Shown here in pieces: positions 46,970 through 59,892 of a stretch of 64,000 bases of DNA; position 1 is the stretch's first letter; each line of letters opens with the position of its first letter. The position numbers and the translations under genes are program-made. The notes beneath the pieces were generated by a model. That model saw nothing but the letters and a program-made list of their open reading frames with translations, had not been told where the DNA came from and searched no databases. Source of the DNA: Balanoglossus misakiensis (lineage: Eukaryota > Animalia > Hemichordata); the NCBI GenBank assembly GCA_040954595.2, contig CM082588.2:7217947-7281946 (forward strand). The letters are read 5' to 3'.

Positions 46970-49019
46970 TCATTTTCCCTTCTCTTTGAAATAATCAGCT
47001 GTCAAGAAGACAAAAATCAGAGGCAAAATTAATTGTCGAAATTATATTGTTTTGCTGAGAGCATTGAAAATGTTATCTCTGGAGAAAGAAAATACACCAA
47101 GCACACGAAAGTGACAAAGTCTCTCTCTTGCTGCCCTTTTCCCATTAATTATGTTTGATACAAGACACCGTTTATGTTATTCTACATGTGGATATATAGG
47201 GAATCAACGTTCGACCATGAACAACTTCCATCCCATTTGTAGGATATGAGAGTAAACATCTTGCCGAAATGAATAAATGGTAAACACCAATTACATGTAT
47301 TCATTTTGGTGAGTTTTTTCACTCTCGTGTCTACAAGCAGGATGGAAGTTGTGTGTGGTTGACAGTTGATTCACTATATATCCACATGTACATTAACATA
47401 AACGGTGTCTTGTATCAAACATAATTAATGAAATTAGGGCAGCAAGAGAGAGACTTTGTCTCTTTAACTTCATATTTTATTTATGTCAATAATTCATTGA
47501 TTCATCCTGAATACTTTTAGGTGATGGACATTGACATCAAATACTTATCACCATGGAGACACACACAACTCACCTAATTTCTCCACAGCCTCAACACAAA
47601 CACTAGGAAACATATTTTCATTATAAGTACCAAGAATAAGCAATGTCTGTGTCTTCACCATCACCAGGCCTATCTTTTCCTAAAATGTGATAAAATAAAC
47701 ATTTTATAAACAACTTTTTAATGTGTAAAACCTAAAAATATGGACCCATTTAAATATACAAGAATATCTTTTTTTAAATTTATGAAAACTGTCCATCATA
47801 TTTTGATATTTAATGCCCCATTTGCTGCCATTTTGCATTTATTTTAACCACACCACCTCTCTGCATGGCAAATGGGATGACGCCCTCATGCAACAATTTC
47901 TTCAAATTACTTTGTTTTTAGTTACCAAGCTTCCAGCAGAGATGAAAAATACTTACACACTTTGCATAGATGGAATTTTTATCCGCTCGTACACATTTGT
48001 AACTGTTGTTATCAAACGTGATTCCTTCTTCTCTGGTTTTTGGCGGATCTTTGAAAGCATCTATGAACTTCTTCACTTGATCAGCATATAACTGCAAAGA
48101 GAAAGGTACTGTACTGAATAAAGTTATTTTCATTAAAGGTATATGGTCACATATGCAAATTTAACTACAGTTACCATGATAAATTGAGATCTAGCCAATC
48201 ACAGATTTTCAGTGGGTGGCACAAGCGATAAAAAGAGCGCCACCATATGTTCTTTAGAACACTCAAATACACCATTTTACACATATATGGGCGTATGTAA
48301 ATTAGAGGTGACCGTATACCTTTAAAACAGTCTTCTGTAGTGACAACTTTGAACCCTTTGCATTGTCTTTCACGTAATACTTCATGTTGTATGCCCTAGT
48401 CTTTTCAAATACAAGGCCTTGAATTAAGTTGATAATTGACGAAACCTGGTGAGTCAGTATTATTTCGCCAGTGGTTTGTCTATGTGCAAACGTTTATCTC
48501 AAAATAGAGTATGGTGCGGTGACTGTATGATTTTATTCTTCCAATGAATTTATTTTAAAGGCACATAAGCTGCAACTTTTGGGATGATTATCATAATTTT
48601 TGTTTCAAACTGTACTACCATTAGTCCATGTAGATGAAGGAAGTGAAGTGGATGAGGAAGTTTTAACCTGGTAAATAATAAAGCTTTGCCGCAAGCGAAT
48701 ATGGCCGCCACCGTGGGAAAATGCAAGAAACAATCAAAATGTTGCATTTCCAATAATGAAACTTCATAAACAAAACATGATCTCATCCACTGAGCTAATG
48801 TGTAAAATTTCATAGAAATGACAATAGTAGAAGGAAGTTTTCTAGCCATTCTAGGTGTTATCCTATATGGGAAGAGACCAATGTGCACAGTATTATACTT
48901 ACATGGAAACCTACAGAGCTGGCCCTTAGGGAGGAATCTTTACGTCTGATTATTGCACAATTTGAGACGTGGTCCGTTGATATCAGAGCATCATGGAGAA
49001 GATTCTGCAACTGGTTCAT
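46970..49019 (-). CDS. PFN4: Profilin-4-like protein (128 aa)
   Basis: Exons 49019-48903, 48091-47957, 47679-47574, 46998-46970 with GT-AG sites give MNQLQNLLHDALISTDHVSNCAIIRRKDSSLRASSVGFHLYADQVKKFIDAFKDPPKTREEGITFDNNSYKCVRADKNSIYAKCEKIGLVMVKTQTLLILGTYNENMFPSVCVEAVEKLADYFKEKGK. YKCVRAD and PSVCVEA match my recollection of profilin-4. Confidence 0.9.
47110..47463. mobile_element. MITE of the same family as 50295-50642, in the last profilin intron
   Basis: Long inverted repeats gacaaagtctctctcttgctgccc / gggcagcaagagagagactttgtc. Confidence 0.8.
48137..48321. mobile_element. 185-bp TTAA-flanked MITE, second family
   Basis: ttaa-AGGTATATGGTCAC ... GTGACCGTATACCT-ttaa; near-identical copy at 57690-57874. 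Confidence 0.85.
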
Positions 49020-50294
49020 CTTCACACGATCCTGATGAGAGTCAGAAGAAATGACCACCAATATGTCAAGTTTGTTGTATGAAGCATTAAATGTCTACTG
49101 GGGAGGGGGGGGGGACGTATTACAGTGACAATGCTGTAGTAATAAGTTAACCGTCAAATACACTACATGTGTAACATGTTTCAATCTACAATGCAGTACA
49201 GTATTTCATTCAGGATGGCAAAACAAGAGTTTTTTTTGGGGGGGGGGGAGGGGGTCCACTCTGGCAAGGGGGACTGTAATATCTCAAGCATGTGTGTGAC
49301 ATCATTTTAAGGGGGCACTTGACAAATTCCTAGGGGGTGCCAACATGTCAACGGTGGGTGAATCCCCCCCCCCCCCCAATCTAGATGAAACACTGCTGTA
49401 CATAGCTATATCACATATACAGTAAAACCTGTTAAACCAAACACCAATGGCATTTTTAGTGGTTTATAGAGGTTCTGTCAACATGTGGTTCTAGGATAGG
49501 AAACTGTGTCAGGTATACACAGGCTTCCAGATTAGACTGGGATTGCTTTACATTGCATGATTTGGTACACAGAACAAAAATACTGGAAATAAAACCAAAA
49601 GTTACAGCTAATGTCCCTTTAACCCTAATGCTACTGGGTGTCATACCTGTCAAGTCCCTTTAAATACGTATTTGACACTTTTTCTTCTAAAACTTATTTT
49701 GACTGTCTTGACATGGCTTTCATATGTACTTAGACACACTTGACAGTCTGAGCCCCCTGTAAAATGTACCAAATCGTACTGGTTTGTACTGTATTGGTTT
49801 GAGGGTCTTGTATAGGCACTACTGATTAACACACACTTGGCAGTCTAACAGGCCTGGGAGCCCGGATTCTAGGCACCCTGGAAATCAAACCTGAGTTTCA
49901 ATCGACTTGGCAGCGTTAGGGTTAATATAATATATTTGGGGCAAATGACACACAGTCTCATTATTATACGACTGCTGACACAAATTTTCATCAGCCCTGG
50001 TCAGTGTGAGTTCCCTTTGGATGAACAGAGTCTCCAGGACAATTTTGCCAACTCGACAAAAGTATGTCACAAGTCAGTGTTTGGTGTCATTGTAGTGTAA
50101 GAGTTCATTAAATCAGACAATACAACAATGATTGTGGCCTGTAACAATGCTACCACGCCATGCATGACTCTGTACAGCCCAATCAGAAACCCTGGTAAAG
50201 AACACCTCTTGTTACAATGAAACTAATTATGGCACCTTCCTAATGGTTCCAGTTATGTTCTTTCAAATTAATTCAGCTTTCATTCTTGTATTAA

Positions 50295-50642
50295 AGGAAC
50301 AAAGTCTCTCTCTCGCTGCCCTTTTTTCCATTAATTATATTTGATACAAGTCACCGTTTGTTATTCTACATGTGGATATATAGTGAATAAACGTTCAACC
50401 ACACACAACTTCCATCCCTCTTATAGACAGGAGAGTGAAAAAACTCGCCAAAATGAATAATCGTTCTTTACCATTTATTCATTTTGAGCGAGTTTTTACT
50501 CTCATATTATACAAGTGGGATGGAAGTTTTGTGTGGTTGATCATTAATTCACTATATATCCACATTTACATTAACATAAACAGTGTCTTGTATCAAACAT
50601 AATTAATAGAAAAAAGGGCAGCGCGAGAGAGACTTTGTCCCT
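50295..50642. mobile_element. TTAA-flanked MITE with long TIRs (Kolobok-like termini AGG...CCT)
   Basis: ttaa-AGGAACAAAGTCTCTCTCTCGCTGCCC ... GGGCAGCGCGAGAGAGACTTTGTCCCT-ttaa; related copies at ~47110-47463 and, partially, 8277-8525. Confidence 0.8.
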
Positions 50643-51723
50643 TTAAAGTTCCCTACAGATTGTAACTTAGCCTTCACACTCATTCCTGATTGCTTAGAGT
50701 TAGCTTTCATAACCCTTCACCTTCACTGATTGTTAGTTAACAAACTTTCACCTTCTTGAAGATTTGCATTCAAATAACTTGTTCTAGCTGCAACCTTGTC
50801 AGTTTATTTTGACAGTGATTAATTTTCACATTTTCTGTAAACTTTGATTTCTCATGGGAAATTCTTGTTCATGGTCACATTATTAAAGGGAACTTAAGCT
50901 ATAAATAAATGTAAAAGAAACACTTTCTATATCACGGTTCAAAAGACATGTTCTTAGTTAATACAGGTACTAGTAAACATATGGAAAAGGAATTTTTTTC
51001 AAAGACGTGGTAATGTTTTTGGAATTCAATCAATATTAAATGAATTAAAGAACACCAAAACACAACTGCAAGATTTAACAGTTCCTGCTTTTCTAGAGAA
51101 TTTAAATTAACAGAAGCCAGCACTTGGGTTATATTTTGACATCGACAAACATCCTCATATAAACTGACAATAAATGAAAATCTGTAGACATAAGTCTTTC
51201 CAAAATGCCAATATTGAAAGAGATTGGTTTATAAACAAGAGAGGTGATAAAATGTTGGAGAATGCTGCGTGTATGCTAGTTGCTGTTTATACCGCTTACA
51301 AGACAAGCATACCACTTGAAGACGCTGAACAACAGGCACGGAGACAATATCTATTGTGTTCAGTCGACCCAGACAATGAGGAATACTTTCTTGTGACTCT
51401 GTATGGGGGAATGGCAGTCTTCAATATGCCTCAGGTTCTAAACAAGAAACCAGTTGCCAACGTGAAAATTTGTCAAGAAAGTCGTCGCTAAATTTGAAAT
51501 GTCATCTAGTTTAATAGCGGGTGAGACAATACTATGTGGATAAATTCGAAACAAATATCTCATTTGATCGAACTTGACAAGGCTAAGACGACTTAATACA
51601 TGTATGTGTGTCGATCTCAAACACACATACCAGTACATGTACCTACTAGCAATAATCAATTCTTGCATCTACGTCCTGGTAGAACACTCACAAATTTCGC
51701 AGTAAAATTAAACAAAACTGTAC

Positions 51724-51801
51724 CGTATACGATCCTTTGACATAACGCTTGCGTTCATCTTTCTGCGGTGAATCGTTGTCGTCATTCTCAGTATCCGGCA
51801 T
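51724..51801 (-). CDS. Possible upstream exon of the profilin gene (MPDTENDDNDSPQKDERKRYVKGSYT), in frame with the acceptor at 49031
   Basis: ATG in acc-ATG context; weak donor ACG|gtacag; phase 0 matches GAT CGT GTG AAG ATG at 49031. Confidence 0.35.
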
Positions 51802-52345
51802 GGTCGAGTATATTCCTTGGTCAGATATCACTGACTGAATTTTTTCCCCCAAAAAATCTAAATGGGTTTTGACTTCTCTTTTTGAAGAGTCAAAGAGTTC
51901 ACGAGTCCAGAGATCAAATCGACAACGCAGTAACTGCACCGAAGCTTTTGGTAGTCGTGAAACATATACGTATAGCACAACCAACACTAAGGCTCGCCCG
52001 CAAGTCCGTTTGTCTGTCTGTTTGTTGATTCAACATTTGAGAAGGCTCTCTTATTTCCCCCGCTGGATCAATGAAGTGGAGGATGTAGAAAAAAGATCAC
52101 AATGCACCCGTAATTTATGCAAAGAAGGCAATCTATTCAATATTCATGTACATGTACCTTGTGGAGTGGAAAAGAACAGAGCTGACAATACCTACAAAAA
52201 AACCTCAGGTGTCTGTTGATATGCAAATGACTCGAGTCAAATGAACTACCTTTTACAATCAATAGCCCGACTGGAACATCAAACACCTTTAATTCAATAT
52301 CAAATAATAACGCCCGCAGGAAATTATCTTATGCCAATGTATACC

Positions 52346-52359
52346 GTTACTATAGTAAC
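52346..52359. promoter_or_regulatory. RFX X-box-like palindrome upstream of the profilin gene
   Basis: GTTACTATAGTAAC, a perfect palindrome matching GTHNYY-AT-RRNAAC. Confidence 0.4.
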
Positions 52360-52875
52360 TGTATCAACTAAAGCTTTTAGGAATCAGAATTTTTTTTAAA
52401 AATTATCTGGCAAAATAAAAACCGACGATTTTTAAAAGTCCCCTACGACCGAGCTTATATTTAATTTTTAATTCAGTGCTTTACAAATTTCCAAGAGTGT
52501 TTTTCGTCCATAATTTGGTAACCTAATTTGCCCTACCCCTTCTACGGAATGGTTGAATCCAAAACATTGTTGCTTCTCCGTGTGACTGAAATATTGATAG
52601 CTTTTGATCTATACGACCAGACAGATCGTAGGCATAGCAACGTTATTCCCCACAGAAATGCAGAATTCCAGAGCAGTCAAAATGGTGAGTTTAACTGTCA
52701 TTTCGTGATTTATTATTTTCCCTCAAACTGATGAATTAATTTTCTCAGTTTTTTTAATTAAGTTCGTCATGGGGGCTCCAACAGTGACTCTTTATTTATT
52801 AACTTGAATTGCCTCGGTGACTAAATTTAACTTGGGTACAATTTTCTTGTAGAGTACAGTCCCACTTACTAAGTA

Positions 52876-53084
52876 CTGTAAAACAGGTTATTTTCGTGAG
52901 CAATACATTTTCGCGAAATAAGCGAGAGCCAAATAGTGTGAAAATAAAAAGTCACGCAAATTTTTTTTTTGAAGATAACGATGCAGTGAATGAAATAAGA
53001 AAACGTGAAAATCAATACCCGCGAAACAGTGGCCTCTCTCGATATCACGAAAATTTCAACTTGCGAAGATAAAGTGTTTTACGG
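52876..53084. mobile_element. TA-flanked MITE (Tc1/mariner-type target site)
   Basis: ta-CTGTAAAACAGGTTATTTTCGTGAG ... CTTGCGAAGATAAAGTGTTTTACGG-ta, imperfect TIRs. Confidence 0.65.
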
Positions 53085-53902
53085 TATACACTGGGATAGT
53101 CTTTTGAGGGCAGTGTCTCATGACAACCAAAATTCCTAACTTCCTCTTAAACAAATTATTAGCTGTAACCTGACCTTGAAACTTTGTACCCAATCAAATT
53201 TTACAACTTCGTGCAGTAGGGGATAATTCTCTGTCACGTATGTTGCAAATCCCAGCTACATGTGGACAAAAACGTCACTCCCTTAGAGATTTTAACCATT
53301 TCACCACCATGCAAATTCGTTACTATCAATCACGTGATATCGCCAGGTGACCTACGGCGTTGTCATTTCCAGGTGACGGGCAAACAATATTTCGGCATCC
53401 AGTAAAAAAAATTCCGAGTAAGTATATATTTTACTTTATCACATGAACTGGCCCATATCACAACCTGTGTGACAAGGTCATTGCTAAAGTTGCCCGTCAT
53501 CTGGAAATTTAAATGCCAATGTAACTGCGCCTGAGCGCATCTGACGTCATTTGATAGCGAAGAATAGCGCAAATACAGCAGAAAGACCCATGCCAGACCT
53601 GTACATGTAAACAAAAGTTATGTGAGGGCGCTCTCTAAACCGGTACAGTATATTCTGCACTACTTACAGTCAAAAGAACTGATATCTGACATGTACTTCT
53701 CTGATGTACACCGTATTTTCTGTTGCACATTGTCGCGTAGAATTTAAATTTATACAGGACAAGGACAGGGGATTGTGGAAATAGTGTGGAATATACTTGA
53801 CTCTAAAATTGGAGTACTTTGGACAAACTAGCAAAAATGGAATTTGTCTTCGACACATATCAAAGTGACACATTAATTTAGGTTGGGTATAAAGAGTGCA
53901 GT

Positions 53903-53916
53903 GTTACCATGGAAAC
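53903..53916. promoter_or_regulatory. RFX X-box-like motif
   Basis: GTTACCATGGAAAC matches the X-box consensus; function untested. Confidence 0.4.
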
Positions 53917-56629
53917 ATCAGTCAAATGAACATACTAATTAGCGAAGTGGCTTAATAATATGATAATTTATAATTCTGTAGCTGGGTTTGTTTTTGTAGT
54001 GTTTTTGAGTCCATAGATACTCGACTGACTCACTCCAGAACTTGTTTACTACAAACCCATGTTACAGTGTAATCAAGCATAGGCAGACAATAACCATTCA
54101 AATCTTGATGGAATAATTGTACACAGAGAGCCTGTCTCTATAATGTGAAGGAACTGACACAGCAAGTAAATGGTGACAGATTATCAATTGATTGAGTGCT
54201 GCGGTTTCAAAGGTTGCTCTAGAGTTAATACTGCATTCATGGGTTGTCACAGAATTGGCATTGAATAGTCGAGTGACTGCCAGTAGGCTTGGAACCTGAG
54301 GAATGTATCTACAACCAAAACTGACCAACTGGAAACAGAGTAACAACACCTACATAATTATGTATGTTCCATTTTTTACATGTTAATTTTATGTCTTTGT
54401 TTAAAACTACCACAAAATCGTTCTCTTCAGAAAGTCACTATGTTCTAACCACTACTTGGCCAATCTATACATCTGTCATTCCAAAACTAAAGCAGTAAAT
54501 GACAAAAAAATGTGCTGAGTCAATGTTAGTTACAAACATTTTCCATCGGGTCAGAACAGAACTTAAAAAAAAGGTTTTGCATCAAATTTCAAATTTAGAG
54601 AATAAAAGAGATCACATTTTTAACCTACGTATAAGTCATGAGTTTCATATATTTTGACATTTTAAAAAAAGTTTTTGCCTTTAAGTTAGTATTTCTTGTT
54701 TGTTGTGATAGACTGATATGAATATCATGTTAATTTTATTGATTGAAAGTCACATAGTAATTTCTCTTCCAGATATAAAAAAGTTTCTTGAATACTGAAT
54801 CCTGTACTTACACAATATGAAGCTGACACCCGTTTGTTGTCACAAGATGAAAACTGATTGTAAATATGAGGGTTGCTATGTGTAAAGATAAGCTGTGAAA
54901 AATCTCGATAAGACGGCTCTAGATCATTTGGGCTTTTGGGTTTATACAACACAAGTAAATTATCTTGACATACATTTGGAATTATTCTCTGTGAAATTCC
55001 TTACAAATAATGATAAAATTATTTAAAAATTCCCTCTCCCTTTTACATTTTTATCCATAGTCTCGCATAAAAAAATTGTGATTCAAGTGTCAGTACACAC
55101 TGTTACATATATTTGGACCAAGCAAAGAATATCAGTACATCATACATGTACCGGTACAGATGGCCAACCACACAAAAAAAAGTTACTGTTACACATGAAA
55201 CATGATTAGGTAACAAACCACGAATTCCTTACTACATAATGATGTACTACTATTGGCAAATGTCACATCATTACATTCACAAGTGATATGTGTTTAGCGA
55301 CAGTTGTAAGTATACATCTCACATGCTACCGTGAAAAATGTCAAGATCAAAATAATCATCCTCACCACAAATCTGTGCTTGCCATCGTCTTTGGGATCAA
55401 CCACATCCAAAACACTTTTGACGAGAACTTCAATTCTGTCCAGTCTTTCCATGACTTTGATTGACATGTTATTAACAGGCACAGGTTTGATCCAAAGTCA
55501 GATGTGAAGAAAAGTTTCGAACACCTCACACAAAATATTCAGTTTGTTCTTTGTGTGAAATATACCTTTTTTGTGAAAATGATATCCTATGAGGACCAAG
55601 ACAGAGAGGTTATTCCAATTCCTGAGTTTTGAAAACTTTAAACTGTGATCTTCTTCACAATGCTAGTACTGTTGTCCGGAGCCATTATGAGAATAAGACC
55701 ACAGGTGATATTTGCCGGGCACAGGTATTTCAGGTCTCTGGGAGTTCACAGATCCGACGCTCCAAACAAAGGGAATTATTCTCCGCCTAACCGACAATCC
55801 AGTCAACAACTAAAAAAACCCTCCAGACTCAGGTGCTCATTCTTGTAGTCGTACGGATCTCCTGAAGAAACACCGGCCAAACAATGACGATGCCTGCAGG
55901 GGCAGTTTTATACACAGCGACGTCGAGCTATGATTGGTGTGAAATCTACGTGATATATGTCTGTTTCAGTCGGCGTATCATATCAGTCCACCTGACCGTG
56001 ACTGGCATTGTAAACGACGACGCCTATTCGATGACCCTCAGCGAATGAAACCAAGCAGTAAATTTTATCGCCGGTGAGATACCACAGCTCGGATCAGCAA
56101 ACAAAGGAAATTACCTGTGCGATTGTTTCGCTGTTCTGTCTATAACCCAGACACTAAAATGGGCCTTCAGTTTCTTTGTACATCAAAGTCCCTATCCTTG
56201 ATGACTACGTGTATGCAAACAAAACCAACAATCGTCCTTCTGTTGGTATATCTCTGGTTCAACCTCCAGAATATCGACAACATCAACAGACAGCAACTGC
56301 AGCAAACTAAAAACCAATCAGACAAATCAAATCCTTCCTCAGCGAAATTTCCTCCGGTTGAAACCACTGCCCCTCCACGCACACAATCGCACAGAAGTAG
56401 CAATCTCAGACACAACAAAGTCGTAAAACCCCAAAACAAATTGACTCAAACAATGCAACCCTAAGAAACCATCAATGGCACATAAAGTCGATCCTCTTTA
56501 AAGCTCTGGGTTTTAGTGACTGACTATTGACTTGAAGTCTAAAGCTAAAGCACCAGACTTATGCAACGAGAACAGACAATAAATACAGAATAGCACTGTG
56601 ATGGTTTAATCCTGTATTTCACTGCAGGC

Positions 56630-57146
56630 TATTCGTTCATTCATTCATTCTTTCATTCATTTATTCATACATTCATTCATTCATCTTTCATTCATTCATT
56701 CATTCTTTCATCATTCATCCATTCTTTCATTCATTCATTCATTCATTCATTCTTTCTTTCATTCATTCATTCATTCATTCATTCATTCATTCATTCATAC
56801 ATTCCTTCATTCATTCATTCATTTATTCATGCACATAGTCAGTAATCTTAACCAAAAATGTGTCTGTCACAATTAATTCTGACAAAAGCATGCAATAATC
56901 ATTGTTCATTGCATGTTTTTGTCAGTCTTCACAATCAAATAGATCAAATCTGCCAATTTTTCTTTTAATTTAAGGGAATTTATAAGAAGTGTGCTAAAAG
57001 CCGATAAGAATTAGAACTTAAAGTCAAAAGGAATACCACTGTGATCATGGCTTTTAATCAATCCTGTATTTCACTACAGGCTATTCATTCATTCATTCGT
57101 TCATTCATTCATTCATTCATTCATTCATTCATTCATTCATTCATTC
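56630..57146. repeat. Two (ATTC)n microsatellites with a duplicated left flank
   Basis: Tracts ~56630-56830 and ~57083-57146, each preceded by aatcctgtatttcact-caggctattc. Confidence 0.9.
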
Positions 57147-57432
57147 TATAATTCAAAGACACCTGTTGATGGTCACTGTTATCGCCCTCTAGTGACACTT
57201 TCCATATTCCATATTGCCTTTGTTTTTATGCATAACCTACAGACTTGAAGTCCAAGGGAAACACAGCACTGAGAAGGGAATGTCTGCCAACTCCAATAAA
57301 TAACATCTTTGGACCAGCAACAGAGTCAAAATAATCAATAGTCTAGACACATCAACTGAAAAACACTGTTGATGAAAATCTTGTTATACAGTTAAACGTA
57401 GCATGACGGAGGTTTATAAAAACAAATTATAA

Positions 57433-57456
57433 GGGTTAGGGTTAGGGTTAGGGTTA
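57433..57456 (+). repeat. Short interstitial (TTAGGG)-type repeat, 4 units
   Basis: gggttagggttagggttagggtta. Confidence 0.8.
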
Positions 57457-57689
57457 TTGTAAAGGAAGACATCATTGGCACCTGTTAACTGATCACAAGC
57501 TGTGTCTTGTCCAATCAGGTGCCATTATTGGTCACCATGGCGATATCTGTGGTAAACTATTTGGGTTGATCGAGAATAGTGTTCTTGTTGTTTTTGTTCG
57601 TCTGAGCATTGAAATGCACACTGTGTCATGTTGACCAAAGCGGTGACCTGTCCACAAAGCCGGCTGTGCCCATGCACCCAGCGTTTTAA

Positions 57690-57874
57690 AGGTATACGGT
57701 CACCCATTGAAAATTAGCTATAGTTACCATGGCAAATTGAGATCTAGCCAATCACTGATTTTCAGTGGGTGGCACACGCGAAAAAAAGAGCGCCACCATA
57801 TGTTCTTTAGAACGCTCAAATACGCCATTTCAGCCATATATGGGCGTATGTAAATTAGAGGTGACTGTATACCT
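57690..57874. mobile_element. 185-bp TTAA-flanked MITE, copy of 48137-48321
   Basis: ttaa-AGGTATACGGTCACC ... GGTGACTGTATACCT-ttaa. Confidence 0.85.
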
Positions 57875-59841
57875 TTAAGTGCTTCTTTCAACTCCATGCA
57901 AATATAGTCTGTCAGAGTGAAGCACGGTTGAAACATTACCTGCAGGTATGTGTCAGATCGGTGCTGACCTGTGCAAGCCATCACAGTGTGGGATAGTCAC
58001 TACAAAGGGTACTTATGAAAAAAATGTAATGTAGTAAAGATTATGGTGCGAAAAGTCATGCTGTTTCACATCAGTGAAAGATTAAATGTCCAGAACATTT
58101 ATAAATACCCCAGGTGTAAAATAATAACATTGGCATACAGAGTCAGTCACAAGTCTCGGTATTAACACAAAGATGCTGGTATTCTCTTCAGCAATTTCAC
58201 CACCAGCACAAAGAAAGGATGTTATTTTAACCAACTGGTTCTATTGATTGATCAGCATGAGATACGCAATGGAAATGGTTCTTTAAATGCTATAATTATG
58301 TATCTCTGATGGATCAAGAGTTCAACTTTCTTCAACAGATCCAAAAGTTGAGTGAAAAGCCCAGCAATTATATATAAATGTATGCTAATGATATAGACAC
58401 AAAAAGAGAAATAAGAATAATACACTTGAAAAAAGTTTTACCTATTTTAACTAAAAGTTAATTCTGGTAATGCTGGAATGTGTTTGACTTCTTGGTTGAT
58501 TTAGTCACAGTCCCTATTTGTATTGAGTCAATAAAAAGTTCCATCAAATACACAGAGGTTACATCACCAGGTTCATCGCGACTACATGTAAGTAAACACT
58601 GCTAATAGACAACACTCTCTCCAACAAAATCTCAATACAATCAACCTACTTAAACAGATATTAGTTGCAATGCTAAAGACTGGCTTTTGAATTGAAAGTA
58701 AACTACCAGAATGTCTGGTGACATAACACACACTGTATTACATGTACTTCTCTATAACAAACCCTGCAGCAAAGCACATATTACCATCTATGGTTTACTC
58801 AATAACAGATTGGAGGCAGCTAGCAGACAGCCTTAGTAACATGGCCTTGATAAGTCACCGGCTTAAAAAACTCTATTCAGTTGGATCAACAGAAAAAAGG
58901 GGGTGTGTAACTATATATTGACTGATTTTCCACCTGTCTGCATTCAAGGCATCTTAACAGAAAATCGGGTCACCTATTGACTTTGTTCGCTCCAAGTCAT
59001 TTCTGTCCCATTCATCTTTAATCCATTCACCACCAGTGCCTTCTAAGTCCATATGACGCACCACTGACTCTACAAACTCACTGGTGACTCAAGAAAATTA
59101 TCCAAACTACATGCAAAGATATTGGGCTAACTCAGAGAAATTTTTAGTCATCCTCAAATTAACTCAAAGCTTTTAAAAATTATGTTTGTTACAGGGCACA
59201 CTGTACACCACCATGGTTCAGTCCAATCCAATTCTTTTCAATGGTAAGGTTGGACCTCTAAAGAGGGAACTCAGGGGATGAAAGGGTTAAGTCGGACTTA
59301 TCCAAAACTCTTCTCAGATTTACTTCACTTAGTGTTTCCAATGAAATACACCTGTCATTTGAATAACCTGTGCAGGAAAATCTTTGATTCTAAGACAATT
59401 TTTTTTGGAACATATAGTTTATCTGATAACAGATTTTGATGAAATGTGAACACTGATTTTGCTTGATGAGGCAAATCATTACAGTGTATATAGTTAGGTA
59501 ACATCATTGTCAACAGAACAATGTAATGTCAGGTAGTATTGGATTAAGATTATTGCCGATCAAAGGAGCAGTCTAAACCACTATACAAATGAAAACAATC
59601 AAGGCTGATTATACTGTAATTAAAATGACCAGAAAGAGACAAAATTTTAGTGTAAATTTCATATGAATGAGCTGTGAAATCCCTACCCAAACACTGTGAA
59701 GCCTATAATGCAACAAGTATACATATTTGTCAAGAAAGACATATTTGCAAAAGTTGGAACATATGAATATATGTTTGGCCAGACTGTGTACACAGATCAT
59801 ATGAGATTATGCAAGATTAACCAAACAAAACCTATATTTAC

Positions 59842-59892
59842 CGGTAACGTTCCGAGCAGCATTTGGTAGCGATCTTCTTTGATTTTCTCCAT
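59842..59892 (-). CDS. Possible first coding exon of an unidentified gene (MEKIKEDRYQMLLGTLP)
   Basis: aac-ATG-G context, donor CCG|gtaaat, CpG-richer upstream sequence; downstream exons not identified. Confidence 0.3.

Noticed and set aside
51174-51491. 105-aa plus-strand ORF
   Set aside because: No recognisable motif or splice context; lies antisense to the probable profilin 5' region.
55645-56464. GC-richer block with several short ORFs, considered as a retroelement ORF1 remnant
   Set aside because: No convincing motif in any frame; left unannotated.
57433-57456. Telomeric repeat as evidence of a chromosome fusion or end
   Set aside because: Only four units in one orientation; such short tracts are common.
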